A stretch of DNA of 64,000 nucleotides from Lama glama. Taxonomy: Eukaryota. A program made the translations under genes and the position numbers. The notes beneath the pieces were generated by a model that ran no database searches, was not told the DNA's origin, and saw only the letters and a program-made list of their open reading frames with translations. Positions within the stretch are counted from its first letter, which is position 1. Each line of letters starts with the position of its first letter. The stretch lies in contig CM052816.1 of NCBI GenBank assembly GCA_028534125.1, positions 36,272,001-36,336,000 on the forward strand. Direction: 5' to 3'. Below, in pieces: positions 53,401 through 64,000 of the stretch.

Positions 53401-54785
53401 TGTACTTCTGTGGTGTCAGTTGTAACTTATCCTTTTTCATTTCTGATTTCATAGATTTAGGCCCTCTACCTTGTTTTTTTTCTTGATGAGTCTAGCCAAA
53501 GGATTATCAATTTTGTTTTCTTTTCAAAGAATCAACCCTTAGTTTTATTGATCCTTTCTATTTTACTTAAGTTTCTATTTCGTTTATTTCTGCTCTGATA
53601 TTTATGATTTCTTTCCTTCTACTAATTTTGGGTTTTGTTTGTTCTTCCTTCTGTAGTTGTTTTAGGTATAAAGTCTGGTTGTTTATTTAAGATTTTTCTT
53701 GTTTCCTGAGGTAAGCTTGTAATACAATAAACTTTCCTCTTAGAACTGCTTTTTGCTGTTCCCATAGGTTTTGAATCACTATGTTTTTGTTTTAACTTGT
53801 CTCTGGGTAATTTTTGATTCCTTCCTTGATTTCTTCAGTGATCCATTGGTTGTTTAGTAGCATATGTTTAGCCTCCATGTGTTTGTGGTCTTCAATTTTC
53901 TTACTTGTAGCTGATTTCTAGTCACATGGCGTTGTGATCAGAGAAGTGTAATCAGAAAAATCAAGATATGATTTCAATTTTTAAAAATTTACTAAGACTT
54001 GTTTTGTGGCCTAGCATGTAACCTATACTGGAGAATATGCACTTGAAAAGAATGTGTATTCTGCTGCTTTTGGGTGAATGCTCTATGAATATCAATTAAG
54101 TCCATTTTGTCTAATATTATTTAAGGTCTGTTTCCTTATTGATTTTTTTGTCTGGATGACCTGTCCATTGATGTAAGTGGGGTGTTAAAATCTCATACTA
54201 CTATTGTGATACTGTTGATTTCTTCTTCTATGTCTGTGAGTATTTGTCTTATGTATTGAGGTGCTCCTATGTTGGGTACATATATACTTACAATTGTTAT
54301 ATCTTCTTCCTGGGTTGATTCCTCCATCATTATGTAGAGTCCTTCTTTGTCTCCTATAAAAGTTTTTACTTTAAAGTCTATTTTGTCTGATATAAGTACT
54401 GCTGCTCCAGCTTTCTTTTGATTTCCATTTGCGTGGAATAGTTTTTCCATCCCCTCACTTTTCGTCTGTATGTTCCTCTAAATCTGAAGTGAATCTCTAT
54501 AAGCAACATATATACAGGTATTATTTTTGTATCCATTCAGGCACTCTAAGTCTTTTGGTTGGAGTATTTAGTCATTTACATTTAAAGTAATTATCAATAT
54601 GTATGTTTTTATTGTCAGTTTGTTAACTGTTTTCATATTGTTTTTATAGTTCTTTTTATCCTCTTTTTTCCACTTTTTTTCTTCCCTTCTCTTGTGATTT
54701 GATGACTATCTTTAGCATTATGTTTGGATTCCTTTTTCTTTTTTGTGTGTGTATCTATTATAGATTTTTGGCTTGTGGTTACCAT
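50476..54785 (-). mobile_element. Cetartiodactyl-type L1, about 4.3 kb (inter-ORF spacer, whole ORF2 region, 3' UTR), inactive, with 14-bp TSD
   Basis: Endonuclease fragment 54193-54450 (FHANGNQKKAGAAVLISDKIDFK...YVPNIGAP), RT fragment 52563-52790 (RSGTRQGC), 51986-52309 (PCSWIGSINIVKM). TSD gattataatccatt (50462-50475) / gattatgatccatt (54786-54799). Confidence 0.95.
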
Positions 54786-55489
54786 GATTATGATCCATTT
54801 TGAATTCATTACTGTGTATGATACAAATACACTATTTATTTTTATTATCCAATAGCTTGCTGTTAATACACAGAAATACACTTGATTTTTTATATACTGT
54901 TTCCTGCCAACTTATAAATTCACTTGCCAGTTTCTATAAAAATTTTAAGGATTTTCTATTAACATAATTGTGTTGTCTGAGACTACATAGAATTTTAATC
55001 CTTTGTTTTCAGTGGGTACGCTTTTTATGTATTTTTCTTGCCTTACTGCCCTGGCTAGAACCTTAAGTACAATAATGAATAAAACTAATGAGAGCAGAAT
55101 TTTTGCTCTCACCAGTTTTATTCATTATTATAGTACCATTTAGTATGAGGCTAGCTGAAAGTTTTTTTAAATAAAATAGAAAAGTTCCTACCACTTTTAA
55201 CTTGCTGCAAATTTTTATTTTGATAGCTGCTGAAATTTGTCAACTGTTTTTTTCTGTATTGATTGAGATGATTATGTGATTTTACTTGTATGTGATTTTA
55301 CTGTTTTATTCTGGTTATGTGGTGAATTACAATAATTTTCAAATGTTGAAATAGCTTTGCTTAGTTCTTGGATAAACCCCACTTATGACTTATTATCTTC
55401 ATATTTTGTTACATTCTATTTGCTATATTTTTGTTAATTTTTGTGCCTATATTTATGAGAGAGATTTCCTATAATTCTATTTTTCTCTC

Positions 55490-57146
55490 TTTTCCTGCCT
55501 TTTCTGGTTTTAACTAAATAAGCATTTCATTTGATCCCATTTCATCTCTCTTCATATTTTAATTATATTTATTTTTAAAAGTTAGTGGTTGTCTTAGAGT
55601 TTACAATATAAATTAACTAAACTATGTCTACCATCAATTAACATACCACTTCACATGCAGTGCAGAGACCTTATTAAAAAATATTTCTAATTTCTTCTTC
55701 TCATCTCTGTGACATCACTGTCATTTATTTTACTTATCCATTTACTACAATCATGCATTATAATGCATTACTTTAAATAAAATATGACTGTTATATGTTT
55801 AGTTAATTATTGAGGTTAAGAAAAATAAGATATTTTGTTTTACTTTTATTTCTCCCTTCTCCAGTAGTCTTTCTTCATGTAGATTCATCATTATGTAGAT
55901 TTCTGATCAATATAATTTTTTTCCCCATGAAGAACTTCTTTTAACATTTATTTCAGGGTAGGTCTATTGTTCATACATTCCCTTAGTTTTCATTCATCTG
56001 AAAAGTCTCTATTTTTTCCTTTCCTTTTGAAGAATAACTGGTGTTATTTCCCTCCCTTTCAATATTTTAAACATTTCACTCCATTCCCTTCTTGATTGCA
56101 TGATTTCTGATGAGTAGTCTGCTGTAATTCTTAACCTTGTTTCTCTTTGGGAAAGCTCCCCATCCCCACTCTGCTCTGGTATCTTTTCAAATTTTCTTTT
56201 TGTCTTTGGTTTCCTGTATTTTGAATATGATATGCCAAAATGCAGATTTTATGGTACTTTTCCTGCTTGGTTACCCCCAGAGCTTTCTGGATCTGGATCT
56301 GCAGTTTGGCCCATTTATTAATTATCTAAATTTCTTAGCCATTATGAAAATATTTTGCTCTATTCTTTAGTCTCCTTCTGGTATTCTATATACACATATG
56401 TTGTTCCATGTGAAATTCTCTCACAGTTCTTGTATGTTCTTTTCTTATTTTTTTCCTTTTTTTTTAATTGCAGTTTGGAAAGTTTTATCAATCTATCTTC
56501 AAGCTCACTGATTATTTGCTTGGCTGTATCCAGTCTACCAATGAGCCATCAAAGGCATTTTTTCATTTCTGTTACACTGGTTTGATATCTGCTATTTGAT
56601 TCTTTCATAGAATTTTCATCTCTATGCTAGAGTCAGAGAAATGCCCTTCTCCCAGGTGGAATAAGGCTCTGGTAAAGTCTTTCCCACCAGAGAGTAGGCA
56701 TTTGCTATAGAGAACACTCTGAGCACATTTCATAATGGTTATTCTTACCCTACCCTACTCAGCCAGGAGACATCTTTCTTGGCTCCTCATTATAAGAATT
56801 TTGTGAGGTTTCTGGAGTAAAAGTGTGACCACCTCCTAAGATTGGAGCTCCACTAAGTTTCTCAAACTCGTCTACTCTCAGGTTCTAGCAATTCATCAAA
56901 ATTATCATTTAGTGCTCCTACCATCTTATTATGGCTTTTGCTCCAAGAAGCCAAATTGAGCTGTGACTTTCTGAATTTGTCTGCCACTCCAGATTTTGTG
57001 GTGGCAGATTGTCCTGTTGCCTCATTTCTCTCATGGATCTAACAAAAGACTTATTTTCCATTATTTAATCTTTTTTTCCCTTGTTGTTTAAGGATAGGAG
57101 TAATAAGTTTCAAGCTTTTTGATGTCAGAGCTGAAACTAGGAGTTC
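55490..57146 (-). mobile_element. L1MC/MD-type 5' UTR plus ORF1 plus spacer, with no ORF2 or 3' UTR
   Basis: 5' end on the minus strand 'aactcctagtttcagctctgacatcaaaaagcttgaaacttattactcctatcctt' is similar to the 5' end at 27737. ORF1 antisense phrases 'tttctgatgagtagtctgctgtaattctta' and 'atctatcttcaagctcactgatt'. Confidence 0.75.
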
Positions 57147-60100
57147 TAATTTTCTGTTTTTATGATACCTTGTCATTCTTTGATATCAGGGATATGTTGT
57201 CCTCATAAAACAAATTGAAAAAAAATTCATTCCTCTGCTATTTTCTGAAATATTTTGTGTGAGAGTGATAATCTTTCTTAAATGTTTGAAAGAAATTGCC
57301 AAACTAAGACTGGGTTTGTTTTTGAAAAGATTTTTTTTATTATGAATGCAATTTCTTTAATAGATAGGACTTGTCAGATTTTTCTATTTCCTCTGTTGTC
57401 AGTGTTTTTAAAAAATTCAATCTACTTTTAAGTCTCTTTTTCTTTCCAAGAAATGTTTCCATTTGATTGTCTAACTTACTAGCATGAAGTTGCTTACAAT
57501 ATTTCTTTGTTTTCTGAATATTTTGTAGAGTAATAGCCATTATTTCAATTTTGCTATTGCTAATTTTATTTTTTCATAGTTTTTCACAGAGTTATCAAGT
57601 TTATTATTTTTTTAAAGCACCAACTTTTGGATTTGCTAATTTTCTCCATGTTTGTCAGTCATAGATGTCTGTTCTTTATTGCTTCCTTTTTTGTCTATTT
57701 GCTTTGGGTATATATTTTTTTAAACCTCCTTAAGGTGATAAATTAAACGTTTTACTTTATAACTTCATTCTTTTCTGATACTGGCATCTAAAGCTACAAA
57801 TTTCCCTGTAAGAACTGCTTAACTGCATCTCACAAATATTGAAGTTTTACTTGCATTACTATTCAATTAAACATTTCCTTTTGATTTTTCCCATCTACTG
57901 TTTATTTAGAAATGTATTGTTTAATTTTGTAGTATTTGAGAATTTTCTAGAAATCTTATTTCTATTCATTTCTAATTAAATTCTTTGTGGTGAGAGAACA
58001 TACTCTGTAGGATTTCAGTCTTTTGAAGTCTACTGCGGTTTACTGCATATGTAGATACATGCTTTACCTTGTTTAATGTTCTACTGACACGACAAGATTT
58101 GTTTTTTGCAGTCTTATCTTAATGTCAATTAAATCATAATGGTTCATGGTTTTCATATCTTATATTTTTGTACTGTTTTTGTATATTTATTCTGTTAGTA
58201 ACTATGAAAGATGTGTTCAACATTCCAACTATAATTGGTAGATTTACCTATTTCTCTCTTCAGTTCCATCAATTTTGTTTCAATGCTTTCTTATTAGGTT
58301 CATATTTAAATTTGTTATGTAGTCTGTTGATTGGCCTTTTTATTATTATATAACATATCTTTTATTTCTTCTACTACTCCTTGTATTGAATTATATATTA
58401 TGAGCTAACTGACATGTTGCAGCAAGATGGATGGGAGTAGAGAATGCCTATTTGGTAGGTTAGTAAATACCTGTAACTAACTTTTCCTTCATATTAAAAA
58501 AAATGAAAGTAAAGCTTCACATAGTGTAACTTAATATTATATGTTTCAACATATAATAGGAGAAATGAAAATGTCTAAAATCGTGTGATATTAACACTTG
58601 CCCACTTTATATGATTTTATAGCTTACCACTTTTTACAGTATGATTAGCAGTTGAAAGGATATGGTAAAGCAAATGACATGAGAATTTAAAATTTAGGGT
58701 TTCTTTCTTCTATTAGTTTCTAGTTTTAGATTTATTATTACCTAACTGGAGTTTTCAACATGAAATATATATCATAGTAGTTTTTATGTAATCAACAAAG
58801 TAAAAAAAGACATGTGTTAAACATAGAATTTTACATGACAAAGTATTTGCCATGGATAAGATTACAGTAGCTATTTTTGAACATAACTTAAAATCATTTG
58901 ATTTTAAGTAAAGATTGAAGCAGCTGGGTCCCATCCTCTTTCACTCTGCAGACCCAAGAGTACTGTTTTTTAGCCACCACTTTGAGCATTTTTTAAAATT
59001 TATTTTTTAACACACTCCATTCCTTCAAATGTTTCTACTCATTTTCTTCTTAATAATTTTTCTGGATATATATAGGAGACAGAATTCTCTTCTTGCCTAG
59101 TACAATACATCAAAAAAGTTTTTCCTTTAAGATTAAATTTTCTTAACTGACATCTCACTTTAAACAGAATTCTCTATTTCTGTGACTTGTGAAATTATCT
59201 GCTAAACCAATTCTTCCCCAGTATTGAGAATTGTGTTTCAAAAAATCCCTGCAATTGGAGAGCTAGTGCATGTTTTCTGTGTCTTGTGTAACTCTGAGGT
59301 CTGTGTATTCTCAGTGGAACCATGAAAGCTCATATTGATATTTTTTATCTTCACCAAAGTAAAGCAATTAAATGTCCTGTTTCACAGTATTTTACTCAGT
59401 AATAAAGGGTCCTGTACTATTAATATATATAAATCACTTGTTTGCTAAAAATAATGAATGTACCTCCTTCTCATCCTTAACATAATGATTTGTAATGATT
59501 TATCCCCTTATTCTAGCTAATGTGTGCACTAAGGAGTGTTTCTTTTTATGTTTGATACTTCATGCAGATGGTTGACTTCTCTATGGCTTTATGGCTCATG
59601 CTGGTTGATTCCCTCTGTTCAAGTCCTCTGTGGTCCCAGTGAGCCAGAGTGACTCATCACTGTCACATGAGAAAGCATTTTCATGTATTCGACATGATCT
59701 CCCACTTATTCTCACATTCTATTTTCTGTTCCACCCTGAGTTCCTTCTTTTTCAAATTCTCTCCAGAAAAAAATTAGTTACAATTCACATATACATGATT
59801 TTCATGTAAGGAAAATATGAGCCTGAGAAGGATATGATATACTTATTTGTCTCCGTCGTTTAAAGAACTTAGAAAAACATTCTATTTTGGAATAATTCTT
59901 TAAATTCATTATCATATTGAGCATATGATGGATAATCAGGCAGTTCTTGTTTTATGAGTAATATTAAAGTTTTAGCTACCCATTCATACCATCCAGGCAC
60001 TTCTAATTCAACATTTGATTTCCTTCCAGTTGTGTTTTAGTAATTGCAATTATTTTCCCTAGTTCATATGCAAATCATGGCTTTTCTGGAGCCTTTCCAT

Positions 60101-60689
60101 GTGTAGAATTTATTTGTTCTTGTGATTTAAGAAACTTAGATGTTAAAATTTGATAAAAATACAAACAACAAAGTAAAATGGCAATGTGTATATAAAACAG
60201 TGTAATTGAGATTTCTACAAATTAATTTTTAAGAATTTATAGTTATTAATCTTGTGAAACAGAAGTTGTTCAATGATATATTACTGGACCTGGAGGACTC
60301 CCAAAATGGCAAGTTAAATAATTTCCCTAACTTAAACTAGTCCTAACAAAACACTAAAAAAGAAAAAAAAGTTGAGATCAGCTATTTTTTACAGTTGTCA
60401 TAGAAAATGTACCACCCAATTTACAAAAAATGGGCTAATTTTATTAGGAACTCTGTTGAACCTTCAAACCTGAGGACCAATCTCTGGTATATGGGGCTTT
60501 AACGAAGTTCAGCCATTCAGTGAAGCTAGCTTAAAATAACCTGGGAACTTTTCAAATCACTTTAAAGATACAATCTTCATAGCACTTTAGCTACTAGTAA
60601 TCTTTATGGGTATGCCTGTCAGTGAGAGGTTGATGCTGGTTATTACTGCAAAATTACTTAGTTGAAATGATACTGAATGGTTTTAAGGG

Positions 60690-61000
60690 AGATGATGGGT
60701 TCTCAACTTCAAACTCACATTTATATCTAACTTTTCATATTCAAAACTTTACATGTCCAAAACTAAACTCCTCATAGTATTCTCCTTGTCCCAAATCTGC
60801 ACCTCCTGAAGTCTTCTCTTCTTGTCTCTGTTCTCTAGCATTGACATCACCCATAACTCTTCCCTTTCTCTATACCCCAAGTCCAACCCAACTGCAAAGC
60901 TCCTTGACCCTATCTTCTATGTATTTGGGATCTGGTGTCTCCATTGCTCCCACTAAGATCTAAGTTACATCATTCTTGCCTAGATTATTGAAACAGACTC
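60690..61000 (+). mobile_element. L2 fragment
   Basis: 'tcaaaactttacatgtccaaaactaaactcctc...ctcttccctttctctatacccca...cttgcctagattattgaaacagactccta'. Confidence 0.7.
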
Positions 61001-61039
61001 CTATTTATTGAATAAAGTTATTTATGGCTACTATGGTTT

Positions 61040-61235
61040 GGCATTGGGCTTAGAACTTAACCTGTAGGATTTTGATTAGTCCTCATAATTACATTAAAAG
61101 ACTACTAGCCCTGTTTTGCATATTAGGGAGCTGAGACTTTAAAAAGTAATTTTACTAAGATGATAAAGCTTGTAAATTACAGAGCTACTACTGGAACTCA
61201 TTTTTTTTTCAATTCCATATTATGACTTTCAACAC
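61040..61235 (-). mobile_element. MIR fragment
   Basis: 'tagtcctcataat...tagccctgttttgcatattagggagctgagacttt...gcttgtaaattacagagct...ggaactca'. Confidence 0.55.
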
Positions 61236-61469
61236 CTCTATAATGCTTAATCTTTGTGGCAATCTTAGTTTTAAGTAACTACAAAACTAGAACAAAGATA
61301 AAAACTATAGTATAAGAATCTTTTATAATACTTATGAAATCTAGAAGGTAAACAAAAAAGTTTTTAAAATCCTAGAACTCTAAAGTAGTTATGATACAAT
61401 TAAAATGGCAATTTGGGGTAGAATTATTAGGGTAATTGTTCTACATCTTTAATTCTGTGCAAATGGCAA

Positions 61470-61575
61470 GAACTGCAAGAGGTCTGTGATATTACCCTAC
61501 TTGCAAGATAACCAGTTTGTCTGCCAGAGTTTCATAAATGTTTGCAGAAGACATGAGAATCCTGGGACAAGGGTA
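61470..61575 (-). mobile_element. ERVL LTR terminal fragment (MER74/MER54-like)
   Basis: 'ggtctgtgatattaccctacttgcaagataaccag...gcagaagacatgagaatcctggga' matches the MER74-family end in antisense. Confidence 0.65.
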
Positions 61576-61689
61576 ACAATAAATCATTTACCTTATAGGT
61601 CCAGTCTCGGAGAACTCTTTCTCATAACAGTATACTAGGATATTTTAATAGCACATAAGTATCTGTGGCTTAAATGCAAAGAGAGCTCT

Positions 61690-63155
61690 GACTTTAGAAT
61701 ATATTTCAAAGCTACAGTAATCAAAATGTATGATACTAGTGCAAAAACAGACACATAGATCAATGAAATAGAAAGCCCAGAAATAAACTCACGTAATTAT
61801 GGTCAATTAATCTATGACAAATGAGACACAAATAAACAATGGGGAAAACTATATGGGTAAAAGAATAAAATTAAACCATTTTTTCACACCATATACAAAA
61901 ATAAATTCAAAATAGATTAAAGACCTAAATGTAAGACCATAAACCATAAAACTCCTAGAAGAAAACATAGGCAGAATAGACTTTGACATAAATTGTAGCA
62001 ATATTTATGGATCTGTCTCCTAAGGAAAATGAAACACAAGCAAAAATAAATAAATGGGACCTAACTAAACTTAAAAGCTTTTGCACAGCAAGGAAAACAC
62101 TGACAAAATGAAAAGAAAACCTACTGGGAGAAAATATTTGAAAATGTTATGAGTGACAAGAGGTTAATATCCAAAAATATAGGAAAGCTCATATAATTTG
62201 ATATCAAAAACACAAACAACCAGATATTAAAAAATGGGCAAAAGATCTAAATAGACATTTTCCCAAAGAAGATATACAGATAGCAAACAAGCACATCAAA
62301 AGATGTTCAACATCGATAATCATCACTGAAATGCAAATTAAAGCCACAATGAGATATCACTTTACACCTGTCAGAATGGCTATTGTCAAGAAGACCACAA
62401 AAACAAATGTTGGGAGGATATGGAGAAATGGGAACTCCTGTAAATTACTGGTAGGAATTTAAATTGGTGCAGCCACTATGGAAAACAGTATGGAAGTTCC
62501 TTAAAAAACTAAAAATACAACTACCATATGATCCAGCAATTCCACTCCTGGGTATATACTGATGAAAATGAAAATACTAATTCAAAAAGATACACGCACC
62601 CCAATGTTCACAGAATTATTGACAACAGGCAAAATATGGAAGCAACCTAAGTATCCACCAACAATGAATGGATACAGATGTGATACACACGCACAGAGAG
62701 ATACACACACACACAGGAATACTACTCAGCCATAAAAAAGGAATGGAATTTTGCCATTTGCAGCAATATGTATAGATCTGAAGTGTAATATGCTTGGTGA
62801 AATAAATCAAAGAAAGATAAATCTGTATGTTATCACTTTAATGTGGAATATAAAAAAATTAAATGAATGCATATAACAAAATAGATGTAAGTTGACAGAT
62901 AAAGAGAATAAACTAGTGGTTACCAGTGAGGAAAGGGAAGGGGAAAGGTAAGGTAACAGAAGGGGATTAAGATGTACAAAATACTATGTATAAAATAAGT
63001 AAGCTACAAGTATATATTGCACAGCACAGGAAATATAGCCAATGTTTTAAAATAACTTTAAGTAGAATATAATCTAAATAAACAGTGAATCACTATGTTG
63101 TACAACTGAAACTATTATAATATTGTATATCAACTACACCCTCAGTTTAAAACAT
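61690..63155 (+). mobile_element. L1 3' portion (about 1.45 kb), same family as the element at 15925-20990
   Basis: From 'aaagctacagtaatcaaaa' through 'ctaccatatgatccagcaattccactcctggg' to 'tatcaactacaccctcagtttaaaa'; the 3' UTR aligns by eye with 20600-20970. Confidence 0.92.
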
Positions 63156-64000
63156 CTGAAAAATGAAAACAGTATTGTTGGGGGAAGAGACCAAAAAAAA
63201 ATGCAGTTAAGTGCAATCTAATGTTAGTTTCACAGCTACACTGATCAGAAATAATGGTTAGAAAGGTATTTTACACTTTTTACAGATTCACAAATTTTGT
63301 TTAGATTCTCTGTATGCAACTGAATCCTTAGGCTGAACCACCCAAACGAGAACTTCAACCTAATTGAAGGTGATGAGAAAATGAGCATGTAAGAGCTAAC
63401 AATTTCAAACATTTAACTATTTTCTCCCATTTAATAATAACTTGTCATATAATATATTAATAACTATTCCATTTATAGTATTCCTTAAATGAATTTAAGA
63501 TAAATTCCACTGTTTGGGTGGATTTCTGCATGTACTGAAGAAAGGAAGAGGTGTAAACACCTCCAGTTGACCTAAACATTAACCAACTCCAAAAATGGCT
63601 TCTTTTTGGTACCTAGTAATATAGAACTATGTATTTTAGAGAGATTTAAACTTGGTGTGCACAGTTGACATATTTAATACTGGTATCATTGTTTAAATAA
63701 ACTGTTTTTCCCCTACCAACAATTTTTAAAAACATTATTCCTTATTTTTAAATGCATTCTTTAATTTGTTTGACAGGCAGACATGTTGTTTAATAACAGA
63801 ATTTAAAATAATGTCCTTGTGTACAAACAGCAGAAAGGATCTCTAAAATAGGCTCTGGGCAGGACAGCAGCAGGAGGAAGAATGAGTAACGGGAAAAGAG
63901 AATGTCACCTGATGGCTGAGTCATTTTTTTGCTAGTGAAGTTGATGTGGCCCTAAGCAGATTTGGTCATCCATGCTATCAAAATATTTAATCCAAAAGAT

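Larger units (their letters stand above)
49385..58400 (-). mobile_element. Old L1 (L1ME/MD-like) in three collinear pieces: about 49385-50475, 54786-55485 and 57147-58400
   Basis: 3' UTR 'atcaccctagaaagttccctcctg'; minus ORF 49543-49734 (MWYFHTMKYYSTIERN) and 57340-57540 (KYCKQLHASKLDN) are ORF2 remnants. The sequence resumes in register after each insertion. Confidence 0.75.

Noticed and set aside
1852..62810. ORF-track entries as host protein-coding genes
   Set aside because: The recognisable ones are frameshifted L1 ORF1/ORF2 fragments or their antisense frames. The rest are short, often start at non-ATG codons and resemble no protein I know.
63915..63924. AP-1/ARE-like GCTGAGTCAT, and other isolated TGA(C/G)TCA sites near 24700, 25630 and 59650
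   Set aside because: Several 7-mer matches are expected by chance in 64 kb and they do not cluster.

Overview
This is AT-rich, CpG-depleted mammalian (eutherian) genomic DNA with no recognisable host protein-coding gene, so it is either a large intron or intergenic. A tRNA-derived SINE of the camelid Vic-1 type (23,030-23,178) and a camelid-style L1 3' tail (10,744-10,790) point to a camel, alpaca or llama genome. Roughly half the window is decayed transposable elements: several generations of LINE-1, including three nested clusters (about 4.4-6.2 kb, 26.5-33.5 kb and 49.4-58.4 kb), plus L2, MIR, an L3/CR1 remnant, MaLR/ERVL/ERV1 LTRs, MER5 and a hAT-Tip100 (Zaphod/MER115-like) DNA transposon. 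The ORF-track entries I can recognise are broken L1 ORF1/ORF2 fragments or their antisense frames; the rest look like chance ORFs. I found no convincing novel biological system. The best leads are structural: a 47-bp L1 insertion with a 16-bp target-site duplication (TSD), an L1 missing its endonuclease domain, a 5'-half-only L1 apparently inserted with a TSD, a rearranged L1 carrying about 450 bp of unassigned DNA, a 32-bp direct repeat 684 bp apart, three candidate + strand non-coding exons, and a few palindromes and transcription-factor motifs in repeat-poor DNA. Repeat subfamily names come from recall of consensus sequences, not from a database search, and most element boundaries are approximate.
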